Assembly: GCA_963712425.1 (NCBI GenBank)
Contig: CAVQHW010000005.1
Location: 968 to 64,967 of the forward strand
Reading direction: 5' to 3'
Length of the DNA stretch: 64,000 nt
Source of the DNA: an uncultured Actinomycetota bacterium
GTDB lineage: Bacteria; Actinomycetota; Actinomycetes; JAHEKZ01
Under the pieces are notes generated by a model. It had not been told where the DNA came from, ran no database searches, and was given only the letters and a program-made list of their open reading frames with translations. The position numbers and the translations under genes were made by a program. Below are positions 39,826-49,480 of the stretch, piece after piece. Positions within the stretch are counted from its first letter, which is position 1. The number at the start of each line of letters is the position of its first letter.

Positions 39826-40239
39826 CTAGAAGTCGTGGCCGGCGGCGCGGTCGGCCGCTAGCTCTGCATCGATTCGTGCGATCTCGTCCTCGTTGAGGGG
39901 GCGCGACTGGCCCGTCGCCGGATCTCGGGGTACGACGACCGCGCCGCCCTCGGCGGCGAGCGTGCCATCGCTCTTGCGAACGATCTCGCGGCTGCGAACG
40001 CTGGACCGGCCGTAGCCGGTCACTCGGCTCAGCACGTGGATCGTGCCGTCATCCTGCGTCAGCTCGTTGCGAAAGTCGATATCGACGTGGGCCAACACGA
40101 AGTCGAGGGCTTCGGAGCCGAACATGTCGACCATGACGGTGTCGCGGGCTTCCTCGAAGTAGTTGAGGTAGACCGCGTTGTTGACGTGTTGGTAGGCGTC
40201 CATGTCTGCCCACCTGACTCTGATGTCGACCTGTTTCAC
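39826..40239 (-). CDS. acyl-CoA thioesterase (4HBT/YbgC-like hotdog fold)
   Basis: RVRWADMDAYQHVNNAVYLNYFEEAR. This is the hotdog thioesterase signature. Confidence 0.8.
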   Translation of the reverse strand: MKQVDIRVRWADMDAYQHVNNAVYLNYFEEARDTVMVDMFGSEALDFVLAHVDIDFRNELTQDDGTIHVLSRVTGYGRSSVRSREIVRKSDGTLAAEGGAVVVPRDPATGQSRPLNEDEIARIDAELAADRAAGHDF

Positions 40240-40260
40240 GGCGCCGACCCTAATGGTGCG

Positions 40261-41157
40261 TCAGTGCAACTGACTCGCGAGGGCCCTGATCTGCTCAGGC
40301 CCGATGCGACAGCAGCCGCCCACAAGTGCCGCGCCCTCGGTCACCCATTGGTCGACCGGCCACCTCTCGGTGGCGTCGGTGTCGCGCGAGGCCGTCCAGG
40401 TACGCGCGACGGCGTCCCAGCCTTCACCGCTGTTCGGATAGATGACGACGGGGTGTCCGCTTCTGGACGCCGTGGTGACGGCGACGGTCGCATCACTCGG
40501 CGCTGAGCAGTTGACCCCGGTGGCGACGATCTCTTCGACGCCGCGGGTCATCTCGAAGACGTCGGCGAGTGGGTCACCCGCTCGGGTGGAGTCACCGTCA
40601 ATCGACACCGACAGCCACACGTCGAGACCAGTGCCGCGAATCTCTTCCAGCACCGCTTCAACCTCGAGCGCGCTCGGAAGTGTCTCGAACGCAAGAACGT
40701 CAGCGCCAGCGTCGGCCAGAACGTTGATGCGCGGCCGATGAAACGCGCGAAGCTGCTGCACGGTGAGCCCATAGTTGCCGTGGTACTCCGAGCCGTCGGC
40801 CAACATCGCGCCGTACGGACCGACCGAAGCGGCGACCCACGTGGGGTGATCGACCTCGGACGCCGCATCTCTCGCGAGCTCGACGCCCCGCCGCATGAGC
40901 CGCGTTGTCTCGTCAGCGTCGATGCCGTGATGGGCGAACCCCTCGAAGGTCGCCTGATAGGTGGCGGTGGTGGCTACCTGCGCTCCAGCCTCGAAGAACG
41001 CGCGGTGGGCCTCGACGATCGCGTGCGGCGCGTCTTGCAGTAACCGTGCAGACCACAGATCACCTGAGATGTCGTGCCCCAACAGTTCGAGCGTGGTCGA
41101 CAATCCGCCGTCGAGCAGCACCGGCCGGCGCTGGATCTCGCTGCGAAGGCTTGTCAC
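40261..41157 (-). CDS. mmuM: homocysteine S-methyltransferase
   Basis: Pterin/Hcy-binding domain (VLLDGGLSTTLE, zinc ligands ...NCS...GGCCRIGP). GTG start chosen; the ORF extends to 41337 through an Arg-rich stretch. Confidence 0.8.
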   Translation of the reverse strand: MTSLRSEIQRRPVLLDGGLSTTLELLGHDISGDLWSARLLQDAPHAIVEAHRAFFEAGAQVATTATYQATFEGFAHHGIDADETTRLMRRGVELARDAASEVDHPTWVAASVGPYGAMLADGSEYHGNYGLTVQQLRAFHRPRINVLADAGADVLAFETLPSALEVEAVLEEIRGTGLDVWLSVSIDGDSTRAGDPLADVFEMTRGVEEIVATGVNCSAPSDATVAVTTASRSGHPVVIYPNSGEGWDAVARTWTASRDTDATERWPVDQWVTEGAALVGGCCRIGPEQIRALASQLH

Positions 41158-41176
41158 CTCGACAGGATACGAAGCC

Positions 41177-42178
41177 TCAGGCGTCCGTGACTCGCGAGCC
41201 CGACCCAGCTTCGTAGTCGGCGCGCGCCTGAGCGTAGATGCGTTGCAGGGTGGGGTCTTCGTGTCGACCCGCCTGCCGGTTCGACCGGTACGCCGCCGCC
41301 TGCGCAGCGCGCTCGGCGAGTCGGCCCTCGACTTCACGCGACCGGTCCGGGTGGTCGTTCAGGACGAACGTCGGAAGTGCGTCGCGCAAGCGTTGGACGA
41401 CCTCGAGGGTTCTCGCCACTTTGCCGGACGCGGTGCGCGAGGTGTCGTCGTACTCCCACCAGACATGGATGGCGTCGCCGGCGATCGTGACAGCGGCGTC
41501 CGGAGGAACATGCTCGAGCACGAGCGCTGTGACATGCGGGGCGAGCAGGTCAGCGGCGTACCGGGTGTCCTCGGCATGCACGGTGTGTCGCACCGAGAAC
41601 GCGAGCGACTCGGTCTGCCACCGCGTCCCCGGGTCGTCATAGTCACGCCGACTGCGGGGAAGGATCGCGAGTGGCGGTAGCCATGACCCCGGAAGTCGCG
41701 CCAAGCCACCGACCCACTGTCGGACGCCGGCCGCGGGCTTTCGGTACTGCTTCGGCCCAGCGGAGGGCGTCGTGGGTGCCACGCTGTCCGCGATGGCGTC
41801 TGAGACGTCGCGTGGCATCGACGCAGCGAGCGCGGACAACAAACCACCAGCGATCGTCGTTGCTGCAGTAGCGACGCTCAGCGGGTCCATCAAGACCGCG
41901 TTCCTACCGTCGTCGCCGAGCGGCAGCGAAGGGTCAGGGGCGCTTTGGCTCAGTGCGGCCACTGCGTTGGAGTTGGAGGCGCCGTCGGAGTCCGCTGACA
42001 GAACACCGCACCAGATCAGCGAGCGACGGCTGCCCTTCTCGTCGCCGAGCCGCCACGCATGCAAGCGAGGGAGCGCGCCGATCGTGCGAAGCAAGGCGCT
42101 GTGCGCCCACAGGTCAACCGTCGGCTCGGCTCGGAGCCAGTCGCCGGCCCAGCAGACCGAGTCATCGGGGGAGTGCAT
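41177..42178 (-). CDS. hypothetical protein
   Basis: 333-aa ORF with consistent high-GC third-position bias and no recognised domain. Confidence 0.45.
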   Translation of the reverse strand: MHSPDDSVCWAGDWLRAEPTVDLWAHSALLRTIGALPRLHAWRLGDEKGSRRSLIWCGVLSADSDGASNSNAVAALSQSAPDPSLPLGDDGRNAVLMDPLSVATAATTIAGGLLSALAASMPRDVSDAIADSVAPTTPSAGPKQYRKPAAGVRQWVGGLARLPGSWLPPLAILPRSRRDYDDPGTRWQTESLAFSVRHTVHAEDTRYAADLLAPHVTALVLEHVPPDAAVTIAGDAIHVWWEYDDTSRTASGKVARTLEVVQRLRDALPTFVLNDHPDRSREVEGRLAERAAQAAAYRSNRQAGRHEDPTLQRIYAQARADYEAGSGSRVTDA

Positions 42179-42269
42179 GGGCCATATCTCGACCGGTCGT
42201 CGTGCGTGCTTGACGGCAACCGGCCGAGTTCGGGTGCCGACCTGCGCTGCGCGGGAGTACCGTCAGCGC

Positions 42270-43025
42270 GTGCGCATCACGAGTGGAGCCGAGCTCGGGA
42301 CCGTCCTCGGTATCTGGGCGCACCCAGACGATGAGACCTATCTGTCGTCTGGGTTGATGGCGCAAGCAGTCGCGGCCGGTTCTCGAGTGGTGTGTGTGAC
42401 GGCGACCAAGGGCGAAGGCGGTTCGCTCGATCCGGAACGGTGGCCGCCTGAGAAGCTGGGTGAGATCCGGGCAGCGGAACTCTCGAGTTGTCTGGCGATC
42501 CTCGGCGTCACCGAGCACGTGTTCCTCGACATACCCGACGTCGACTGGCATACACCGCTTCCTGATAGCGGTGCGGACGCGGTCGCTGAGTTGATGCGCG
42601 AGGTTCAGCCTGACAGCGTGCTCACCTTCGGACCAGATGGCATGACCAACCACGAGGGGCACAAGTCGGTATCCGCGTGGACGACTGATGCGTTTCGTCG
42701 GCATGCACCGTCCGGATCGTCGCTGTACTACTCGGTGGTGTCACGTACCTGGGCTGACCAGTTCGTCCCCCAGCTGGACGCCGTCGGCGTGTATCGCGAC
42801 AACAGTGAGCCACCCATCGTCGACGACGCCGCGCTCGATATCGACATCGTGCTCGACGGTGAGCTGCTTGAACGCAAGATGGCCGCGATCCGCGAGCACC
42901 AGAGCCAGATCGAGGGATTGCTGCAGGTCTTCGGTGAAGAACTGCTGTCCATGGCGTTCGCGTCCGAGTCATTCCGGCTTGCCGAACGAGTGCCGTCAGC
43001 TGGTACCCCGGAGCCCCTGTCATGA
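42270..43025 (+). CDS. PIG-L family deacetylase (LmbE-like, MshB/Mca-type)
   Basis: AHPDDE zinc-binding motif 17 aa from the chosen GTG start. HxxH further on. The long upstream ORF part is antisense to the 41177 gene and was rejected. Confidence 0.75.
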   Translation: MRITSGAELGTVLGIWAHPDDETYLSSGLMAQAVAAGSRVVCVTATKGEGGSLDPERWPPEKLGEIRAAELSSCLAILGVTEHVFLDIPDVDWHTPLPDSGADAVAELMREVQPDSVLTFGPDGMTNHEGHKSVSAWTTDAFRRHAPSGSSLYYSVVSRTWADQFVPQLDAVGVYRDNSEPPIVDDAALDIDIVLDGELLERKMAAIREHQSQIEGLLQVFGEELLSMAFASESFRLAERVPSAGTPEPLS

Positions 43026-43747
43026 GTGGGTGGTTCGGTCTCTTGGGATCGGGGGAGTTTCAGCCGTGGTCGCATGAGGTCGACACCTGGATGCTCGACC
43101 GCGTGACGGGTGACGGTCGCGTGCTGATCGTGCCTACGGCGTCCGCGCCTGAGGGCGAGGAGATGTTCAGCGAATGGGCGCGCAGCGGCACCGAACACTT
43201 CGCAGCTCACGGAGTTCCGTCCGAGGTCTTGGACGTGCGTGATCGAACCGACGCTGATGACCGAGCGATCGCAGACCGGGTGCGCGAGGCGTCCGTCGTC
43301 TACTTCTCTGGCGGCAACCCGGCCTACCTCGCCGCCACGCTGAACGGCACCGCACTGTGGCAAGCGGTGCTGTCTGGGCTGGACAGAGGCATGGGCTACA
43401 TCGGATGCAGTGCAGGCATGGCAGCACTCGGACGGATGGCGCCGGACAGCACGGTCGATGAGTTCTCCCCAGAGTTGTGGGCCGATGGTTTGCGGCTCTT
43501 TCCGCGTACCTGGTTCGGACCCCATTGGGACGCCCTCGACACCTATGTACCCGGGCTCGTGGCGCACATCGACGCAAGCGTTCCAGCGGATGAGCTGTTG
43601 ATCGGCGTCGATGAGCAAACTGCTGTCGTCGGAGACGGCGCGCGCTGGCAGGTCATGGGTGTCGGGTCGGTTCACGTCCGCGATGGCGCGGATTGGCAGA
43701 CCCTCGCGGCAGGCGAGTCGATCACCGTCGACGCGCTTCGCGCCTGA
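43022..43747 (+). CDS. peptidase S51 family (class I glutamine amidotransferase-like; cyanophycinase/dipeptidase E type)
   Basis: VYFSGGNP...GCSAGM (nucleophile Ser) architecture. ATGA overlap with the PIG-L gene. Confidence 0.65.
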   Translation: MSGWFGLLGSGEFQPWSHEVDTWMLDRVTGDGRVLIVPTASAPEGEEMFSEWARSGTEHFAAHGVPSEVLDVRDRTDADDRAIADRVREASVVYFSGGNPAYLAATLNGTALWQAVLSGLDRGMGYIGCSAGMAALGRMAPDSTVDEFSPELWADGLRLFPRTWFGPHWDALDTYVPGLVAHIDASVPADELLIGVDEQTAVVGDGARWQVMGVGSVHVRDGADWQTLAAGESITVDALRA

Positions 43748-43791
43748 CCGGTGCCTAAGACGACACTGGACGACGACACCTTCACGTGCTG

Positions 43792-43863
43792 TGCCCCCGG
43801 CAGGATTCGAACCTGCGCACACGGCTCCGGAGGCCGATGCTCTATCCCCTGAGCTACGGGGGC
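43792..43863 (-). tRNA. tRNA-Arg (anticodon CCG)
   Basis: Reverse complement GCCCCCG-TA-GCTC-AGGGGATA-GAGC-A-TCGGC-CTCCGGA-GCCGT-GTGCG-CAGGT-TCGAATC-CTGCC-GGGGGCA. 72 nt with a 7-bp acceptor stem and GTTCGAATC T-loop. CCA is not encoded. Confidence 0.85.
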
Positions 43864-43974
43864 GGGGACCTCGGGAGGCTATCAGCGGGGTAGCCGATGC
43901 GACTGGTCGCCCTGACTCGCTCAATTCATTGAAATGTGGTGGCAACGCATCACCGCTCGCGGTTTGCTTGACCG

Positions 43975-44754
43975 GTGTCTCCCTCTGATCGTGACCTCGA
44001 CGGCGTTAACCGTGAGACACAACTCGTGGTCGACGACACCGTTGTCGGTCGCTACCACCTCTACGAGTCGCAACCCCCCGCGGCCGAACTCTTCGTGGCG
44101 GAAGTTCCAGCTGATCGCGCCGCCATTGCGGTCGTCACGCAGCTGCCAGGCTGGAACCTCACGACGACGGACGAGCGTCTGGCGTCCGAGCTGATCGCGA
44201 GGGGCGCAAGGTCGCTGCGTTACTACTCGCTCTTGACGTGCGACCTCGTGTCGTTGGACGAGGTGGACCTCACCCGGCGCGAGTTCGTTCTCGACGAGCA
44301 GCGTCTGACCCCCGACTTCGTCCCGCCGCCCGACCTCGTCCCATTGATCCGCCGGGCGTACCCGCCAGGGCACCCCGACGAAGAACTGGGCACGGACGAC
44401 GAGATTCTGGCTGACATCGCGCGGGCCCTGCACGGTGATCGCCTCGGCCCGCTCATGCCGCAGAGCCGACTGGTGCTGGACGCGGGGCGTCCCGTTGCTC
44501 TCGGCATCGTCAATCGGGTGCCGGGGGTCGCCCCGGCGGGGGGAGTGTGGCTGACAGACCTGTGCCGCGACCCCGACCCGGCTTACGCAGGGTTGGGGCG
44601 GTCGTTGCTCGTTGACGTGTTGCAGGACTGCCGTGACTCGGGTGAAACGGCGGTGTCGCTGGCGGTGACCGACGGCAACCCCGCCCGGACGGTCTACGAG
44701 AGCGTGGGCTTCTCGCTCGTGGCTGCTACTCGCAAGCTGCGCCTGCCCGGCTGA
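43975..44754 (+). CDS. GNAT family N-acetyltransferase
   Basis: C-terminal acetyltransferase fold (AYAGLGRSLL...TAVSLAVTDGNPARTVYESVGF). The start is uncertain. Confidence 0.6.
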   Translation: MSPSDRDLDGVNRETQLVVDDTVVGRYHLYESQPPAAELFVAEVPADRAAIAVVTQLPGWNLTTTDERLASELIARGARSLRYYSLLTCDLVSLDEVDLTRREFVLDEQRLTPDFVPPPDLVPLIRRAYPPGHPDEELGTDDEILADIARALHGDRLGPLMPQSRLVLDAGRPVALGIVNRVPGVAPAGGVWLTDLCRDPDPAYAGLGRSLLVDVLQDCRDSGETAVSLAVTDGNPARTVYESVGFSLVAATRKLRLPG

Positions 44755-44902
44755 TGCTTCTCGGCCGACGCGGTCGCAGCTGGCGGCGGGAGCGGAGACT
44801 TCCACGACACGTTGGTAGACGTTGAGCTCACCGGTCGACCCGACGGCAGCGGGTGAGCGGTTACAGTCTTCGGACACGCAAACCGCTTCAGGAGCCAGGT
44901 CT

Positions 44903-45517
44903 ATGGGGTCAAACGCCCAACGTCGTCGCGAGGAACGCGAGCAGAAGGTCGCGCAGCTGCGCAAGGAAGACAAGTCACGCCAGCGACGGTCGTCCACGCT
45001 GCTTACGGTTGGCCTGGTCATCGCTGTCGTCGTGGCCATCGGTGGCGTCTGGTGGGCGGTCGAGGCTGGCACCGAGGATCCGACGCCTGGCGCGCTCGAC
45101 CAGGTGCAGAGCTTCGAGTACGAAGGCTCACAGCACACCGAAGAGCCGGTCGCGTACACCGAGTCGCCGCCCGTTGGCGGGGAGCACAGCGGTACCTGGC
45201 TCGACTGCACGGGTGTTGTCTATGACGAACCCGTACAGAACGAGCAGGCCGTGCACGGTCTTGAGCATGGCGCCGTGTGGGTGACGTATAGCCCAGAACT
45301 GAGCCAAGACGAGGTCGACCAGCTCACTGGACGCCTCGATGGCAGCTACTACTTCGTCTCGCCTTACGAGGACCAGCAGGCACCAGTAGTCCTCACCGCG
45401 TGGAACAACCAACTCGAGCTCGACAGTGTCGATGACCCGCGCTTCGACGACTTCGTCACTGAGTTCCGTCAGGGCCCACAGACGCCGGAGCCGGGAGCGC
45501 CCTGTTCGGTTGGCTGA
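44903..45517 (+). CDS. DUF3105 domain-containing membrane-anchored protein
   Basis: Basic N-terminus, one TM, then a DUF3105 core (...HSGTWLDCTGVVYDEPV.NE.AVHGLEHGAVWVTY...SPY....PVVLTAW). ATG at 44903 with SD. Confidence 0.7.
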   Translation: MGSNAQRRREEREQKVAQLRKEDKSRQRRSSTLLTVGLVIAVVVAIGGVWWAVEAGTEDPTPGALDQVQSFEYEGSQHTEEPVAYTESPPVGGEHSGTWLDCTGVVYDEPVQNEQAVHGLEHGAVWVTYSPELSQDEVDQLTGRLDGSYYFVSPYEDQQAPVVLTAWNNQLELDSVDDPRFDDFVTEFRQGPQTPEPGAPCSVG

Positions 45518-45631
45518 GGGCTATGAGGGCTCGGTCGGGGTGAGGTCACAAGGCGGTACATCGAGTACCGAATTGTGAGTGACTTTGACTGAATGGTCGA
45601 CCAGTGAACGCGAACATGGCAGGCTGGCGCC

Positions 45632-48154
45632 ATGTCCCTCGATTTCGCTGATATCAACCCTGCCGCCGCCCGCTCGACCGAGGCCGCCGACGCGTCCACC
45701 ACGTCCGACCTACCTGCCAGAGCGCAGTACATAGTCGTCGGCGGGGGTGTCGTCGGCACGTCGATCGCCTACCACCTCGCCACGATGGGCCAGAAGGAGG
45801 TCGTGCTGCTCGAACGCAAGCAGCTCACCTCAGGCACCACCTGGCATGCGGCCGGTGAAGTCGTTTCCGGGGGGTCGTCCGAAGACCCGCTGTGGATGGC
45901 CAGGTACTCCCGCGACCTCTACACCAAGCTCGAGGCCGAGACCGGCCTGTCGAGCGGGTTCAAGCAGGTCGGCTACATGCAGCTGGCCACCACCGAGCGC
46001 CGCGACGAGGCGTACCGCCGCGAGACCGCGTACTGCAGGTCGGTGGGCATGACCAAGGAGATCCTGTCGCCCAAGGAGATCCTCGACATCGTCCCGATGA
46101 TGAAGGTCGACGACGTCATCCATGGCTTCTGGACGCCAGATGAGGGTCGCGCCAACCCGGTCGACGTCACGATGTCGATGGCGAAGGGTGCGAGGCAGAA
46201 GGGCGCCCAGATCTTCGAAGAGACCGAAGTCATCGACTTCGTCATCGAGAACGGCCGCATCAAGGGCGTCGTCACTCCTCGCGGCACCATCGAGTGCGAG
46301 AAGGTCATCCTCGCGTCCGGCCTCTGGGGCCGTGAGCTCGCCGCGAAGGCCGGCGTCAGCGTCCCGCTGCAGGCGGCCGAGCACTACTACCTGCTGACCG
46401 AGCCGATCGAGGGTGTCACCCCCGAGAACGTTCCCGTCATCGAAGACCCCGAGGCCTACGGCTACTACCGCGAAGAGGGCGGCGGCCTGCTGGTCGGCAT
46501 GTTCGAGCCGGTGGGTGCCGCGTGGTCGCTCGATGGCACTCCCAAGGAGTCGGCGTTCGCGGTGCTGCCCCCCGACTGGGACCGTCTCGGACCGTTCCTC
46601 GAAGTCGCGATGCAGCGCTTCCCGATGCTTGAGGACGCCGGCATCCGCACGTTGTTCTGCGGCCCCGAGAGTTTCACCGACGACATCTCGCCCATGCTCG
46701 GTGAGTCACCTGAGGTCGACGGGCTCTACCTCGCATGCGGTCTCAACTCGGTCGGCATCCTGATGGGCGGTGGCCTGGGCCACGTCATGGCGCAGTGGCT
46801 GATCGAGGAGTACCCGCCGATCGACCTCACTGAGGTCGGTGTCGACCGCACTCACGAGTTCCAGACCACGCGTCGGTTCCGCGAGGAGCGCACCGTCGAG
46901 CGGTTGGGCTTCTTGCTCAACGACCTCTCGTGGCCGAACTCGCAGCCCAAGCTGGGCCGTAACGTCCGCCGCTCGCCGTTCCACGACCAGCATGTGGCCG
47001 ACGGCGCCTACTTGGTGGCGACGAATGGGTGGGAGTACCCCGACTTCTTCGGTGGTCCAGGCACCAAGCCAGATGTCGAGTGGGGGTTCAAGCGCGGTAT
47101 CGCGCACGAGCGCACCCAGATCGAGCACCTCAACACGCGTGAGAACGTCGGCGCGATCGACATGACGATGATGTCGAACTATCTGGTGCAAGGCCCGCAT
47201 GCCATGCAGGTCATGAACCGCGTGTGCGCCAACAACATCGACACCGAGATCGGGCGCGTCGTCTACACGCAGTGGCTCGACGAGCGAGGCGGCATCATCG
47301 CCGACGTCACCGTGACGCGTCAGGCCGACGACCAGTTCATGGTCATCAGCGCCGACAACGTGCACCGGCGGTTGCCCGCGTGGATTCGTCGAAACACCAG
47401 CGAAGGCGAGTTCCTGACGGTCACCGACGTCACCAGTGGCATTGCGCTTCTGACCGTTCAGGGGCCGAAGTCACGCGAGCTGTTGCAGCGCATGAGCCCC
47501 GACGACTGGAGCAACGAAGCGTTCCCGTACCTGACGGCGCAGAAGGTCGAGTTGGGATACACGCCGCTGTGGGCGCTGCGCGTCACCTACGTCGGCGAGC
47601 TCGGATGGGACCTGCTGATCCCGACCGAGTTCGCGTCCTGCCTGTACGAGCAGATGCGCGAGGCCGGTGAGGATCTCGGCTTCATTCCGACCGGGGTCGG
47701 TGCGTTGTCGTCCATGCGCATGGAGAAGGCCTACCGCGACATGGGCCACGACATCGACTCAACCGACACCCCGCTCGAGATGGGCCTCGGCTTCGCGGTG
47801 GCGTGGGACAAGCCAGGCGGCTTCATCGGTCGCGAGGCCCTGCTCAAGCAGAAGGAGGCGGGGCCGCCGAAGAAGCGCCTCGTCAACGTGCTGCTGGAGT
47901 CGTCAGAGCATGATCTGGTCGGCGCCGAGCCGATCTACTGGGACGGCAAGCCGGTCGGCGTGGTTCGCGTCGGCGCGTTTGGCTACTCGTTGGGCGCCTC
48001 GTGTGGTCTCGCCGATGTTGAGAAGGATGAGGGAATTCCTGCGGCTGACATCAAGGCCGGCTCGTTCGAGATCGACATCGCAGGCACCCGCGTGCCCGCC
48101 AAGGTGTCGCTCAGGCCATTCTTTGACCCCGAACGGAGCAGGCCGCTGTCCTGA
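45632..48154 (+). CDS. FAD-dependent oxidoreductase fused to GcvT-like aminomethyltransferase domain (dimethylglycine oxidase / sarcosine dehydrogenase family)
   Basis: 840 aa. N-terminal DAO domain (IVVGGGVVGTS), C-terminal folate-binding GcvT domain. Confidence 0.85.
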   Translation: MSLDFADINPAAARSTEAADASTTSDLPARAQYIVVGGGVVGTSIAYHLATMGQKEVVLLERKQLTSGTTWHAAGEVVSGGSSEDPLWMARYSRDLYTKLEAETGLSSGFKQVGYMQLATTERRDEAYRRETAYCRSVGMTKEILSPKEILDIVPMMKVDDVIHGFWTPDEGRANPVDVTMSMAKGARQKGAQIFEETEVIDFVIENGRIKGVVTPRGTIECEKVILASGLWGRELAAKAGVSVPLQAAEHYYLLTEPIEGVTPENVPVIEDPEAYGYYREEGGGLLVGMFEPVGAAWSLDGTPKESAFAVLPPDWDRLGPFLEVAMQRFPMLEDAGIRTLFCGPESFTDDISPMLGESPEVDGLYLACGLNSVGILMGGGLGHVMAQWLIEEYPPIDLTEVGVDRTHEFQTTRRFREERTVERLGFLLNDLSWPNSQPKLGRNVRRSPFHDQHVADGAYLVATNGWEYPDFFGGPGTKPDVEWGFKRGIAHERTQIEHLNTRENVGAIDMTMMSNYLVQGPHAMQVMNRVCANNIDTEIGRVVYTQWLDERGGIIADVTVTRQADDQFMVISADNVHRRLPAWIRRNTSEGEFLTVTDVTSGIALLTVQGPKSRELLQRMSPDDWSNEAFPYLTAQKVELGYTPLWALRVTYVGELGWDLLIPTEFASCLYEQMREAGEDLGFIPTGVGALSSMRMEKAYRDMGHDIDSTDTPLEMGLGFAVAWDKPGGFIGREALLKQKEAGPPKKRLVNVLLESSEHDLVGAEPIYWDGKPVGVVRVGAFGYSLGASCGLADVEKDEGIPAADIKAGSFEIDIAGTRVPAKVSLRPFFDPERSRPLS

Positions 48155-48181
48155 TCTGCGCCCCCGGCGTGGTTCCATCGT

Positions 48182-48751
48182 GTGGTGACTCCTCTTACGC
48201 ATGCGCGCCCAGCGGTTCTGGTTCGTGCTTTGGTGGTGGCCGGCGCGAGCGCCCTGCTGTTGGGGATCGCTGCATGCAGCGAGCCCGCGCCGACGGTTGA
48301 GCCATCTGACGAAGGAATCTCAGGCGTCCAGACCTTCGGCGACCTGACTCGCGGGCACACCGAGGACCCGGTCGACTACCCGCAGTCGCCCCCGGTCGGC
48401 GGTGACCACAGCCCGGAGTGGTTGGACTGCACGGGCACCGTGTACCCCGATCCGGTTCCGAACGAGAACGCGGTGCACTCGTTGGAGCACGGTGCGGCGT
48501 GGGTCACCTACGACGAGTCGCTCGCCGAGGGTGACGTCGCCTTGTTGGCTGGTCGGGTTGAGGGCGAGCCGTACACCTTCATGAGCCCCTACCCCGAGCA
48601 AAGTTCGCCGGTGATGCTGACCGCGTGGGGCGTCCAGCTGGGTCTGGACAGTGTCGACGATCCGCGGATCGATGAGTTCCTCACGACCTACCGGCAAGGG
48701 CCACAGACTCCAGAGCCTGGAGCGACGTGTGAGTCTGGTGTCATGCCGTGA
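48182..48751 (+). CDS. DUF3105 domain-containing lipoprotein (paralog of 44903..45517)
   Basis: Signal peptide plus lipobox (LLLGIAAC), then the same DUF3105 core (...HSPEWLDCTGTVYPDPVPNENAVHSLEHGAAWVTY...SPY...PVMLTAW). Its stop overlaps the DUF305 gene start. Confidence 0.7.
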   Translation: MVTPLTHARPAVLVRALVVAGASALLLGIAACSEPAPTVEPSDEGISGVQTFGDLTRGHTEDPVDYPQSPPVGGDHSPEWLDCTGTVYPDPVPNENAVHSLEHGAAWVTYDESLAEGDVALLAGRVEGEPYTFMSPYPEQSSPVMLTAWGVQLGLDSVDDPRIDEFLTTYRQGPQTPEPGATCESGVMP

Positions 48752-49371
48752 AGGTCGTGACGGTGGCGGTGGCAGCGGCCGCCGCGCTGATCCTCGGGCT
48801 CGTGCTCGGTGCGATGCTGCTCGGCAGTGAGCCGACCCCCGACAGCGGTTCTGCTGAAGCCGGGTTTGCGCGCGACATGTCGGTGCACCACGCGCAGGCG
48901 GTCGAGATGGCGTTTCTGATTCGCGATCGCACCGACGACCCAGCGATTCGTTCGATGGCCTACGACATCATCAACACTCAGCGGGCGCAGATCGGCATGT
49001 TCAGCGGGTGGTTGCAGCAGTGGGATCTGCCGCAAACCGACGCCGGTGTCGATCCGATGGCGTGGGCCGATGGCCACGGCATGGAGGGCATGGACGGCAT
49101 GGACGGCATGTCGATCGAGAGCTACGACGACATGCCTGGCATGGCGTCCGATGAACAACTCGATGAGCTCAGCGCCGCAAAGGGCGTTGCCGCCGAGACA
49201 CTGTTCCTTGAACTGATGATCGACCACCATCGCGGCGGCGTCGACATGGCCGAAGCGGTGTTACCGCTCACCGACCGCGACGAGGTTCAGTACCTGGCCG
49301 ACACCATCGTGACGGGACAGCAAGCCGAGATCGACACGATGGAACAGATGCTCGCCGACCGCGCCGAGTAA
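48748..49371 (+). CDS. DUF305 domain-containing protein with Met-rich (MEGMDGMDGM) motif
   Basis: N-terminal TM/signal. Two DUF305 His motifs (ARDMSVHHAQAVEMA, LFLELMIDHHRGGVDMA) and a Met-rich insert HGMEGMDGMDGMS. Confidence 0.8.
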   Translation: MKVVTVAVAAAAALILGLVLGAMLLGSEPTPDSGSAEAGFARDMSVHHAQAVEMAFLIRDRTDDPAIRSMAYDIINTQRAQIGMFSGWLQQWDLPQTDAGVDPMAWADGHGMEGMDGMDGMSIESYDDMPGMASDEQLDELSAAKGVAAETLFLELMIDHHRGGVDMAEAVLPLTDRDEVQYLADTIVTGQQAEIDTMEQMLADRAE

Positions 49372-49393
49372 ACACCCGCCGGATGAACGTCAA

Positions 49394-49480
49394 GGCTCGC
49401 CGAGTGCCCTCCAGGCTGACGCCCAGGCTCGTCGAGTGCCCTCCAGGTTGACGCTGTCATGCTCCGAGTGCGCGACCCGC
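49394..49480. repeat. ~2.5 tandem copies of a 32-bp repeat (cctccaggttgacgcccaggctcgtcgagtgc family), inverted relative to 50473..50556
   Basis: Units at 49394-49425, 49426-49457 and a partial unit to ~49480. It supplies the last codons and the stop of the DUF559 gene. Confidence 0.8.

Noticed and set aside
41772-42269. Upstream extension of the PIG-L deacetylase ORF
   Set aside because: It overlaps the minus-strand hypothetical gene antisense and has no start context. The GTG at 42270 gives the usual ~17-aa lead to the AHPDDE motif.
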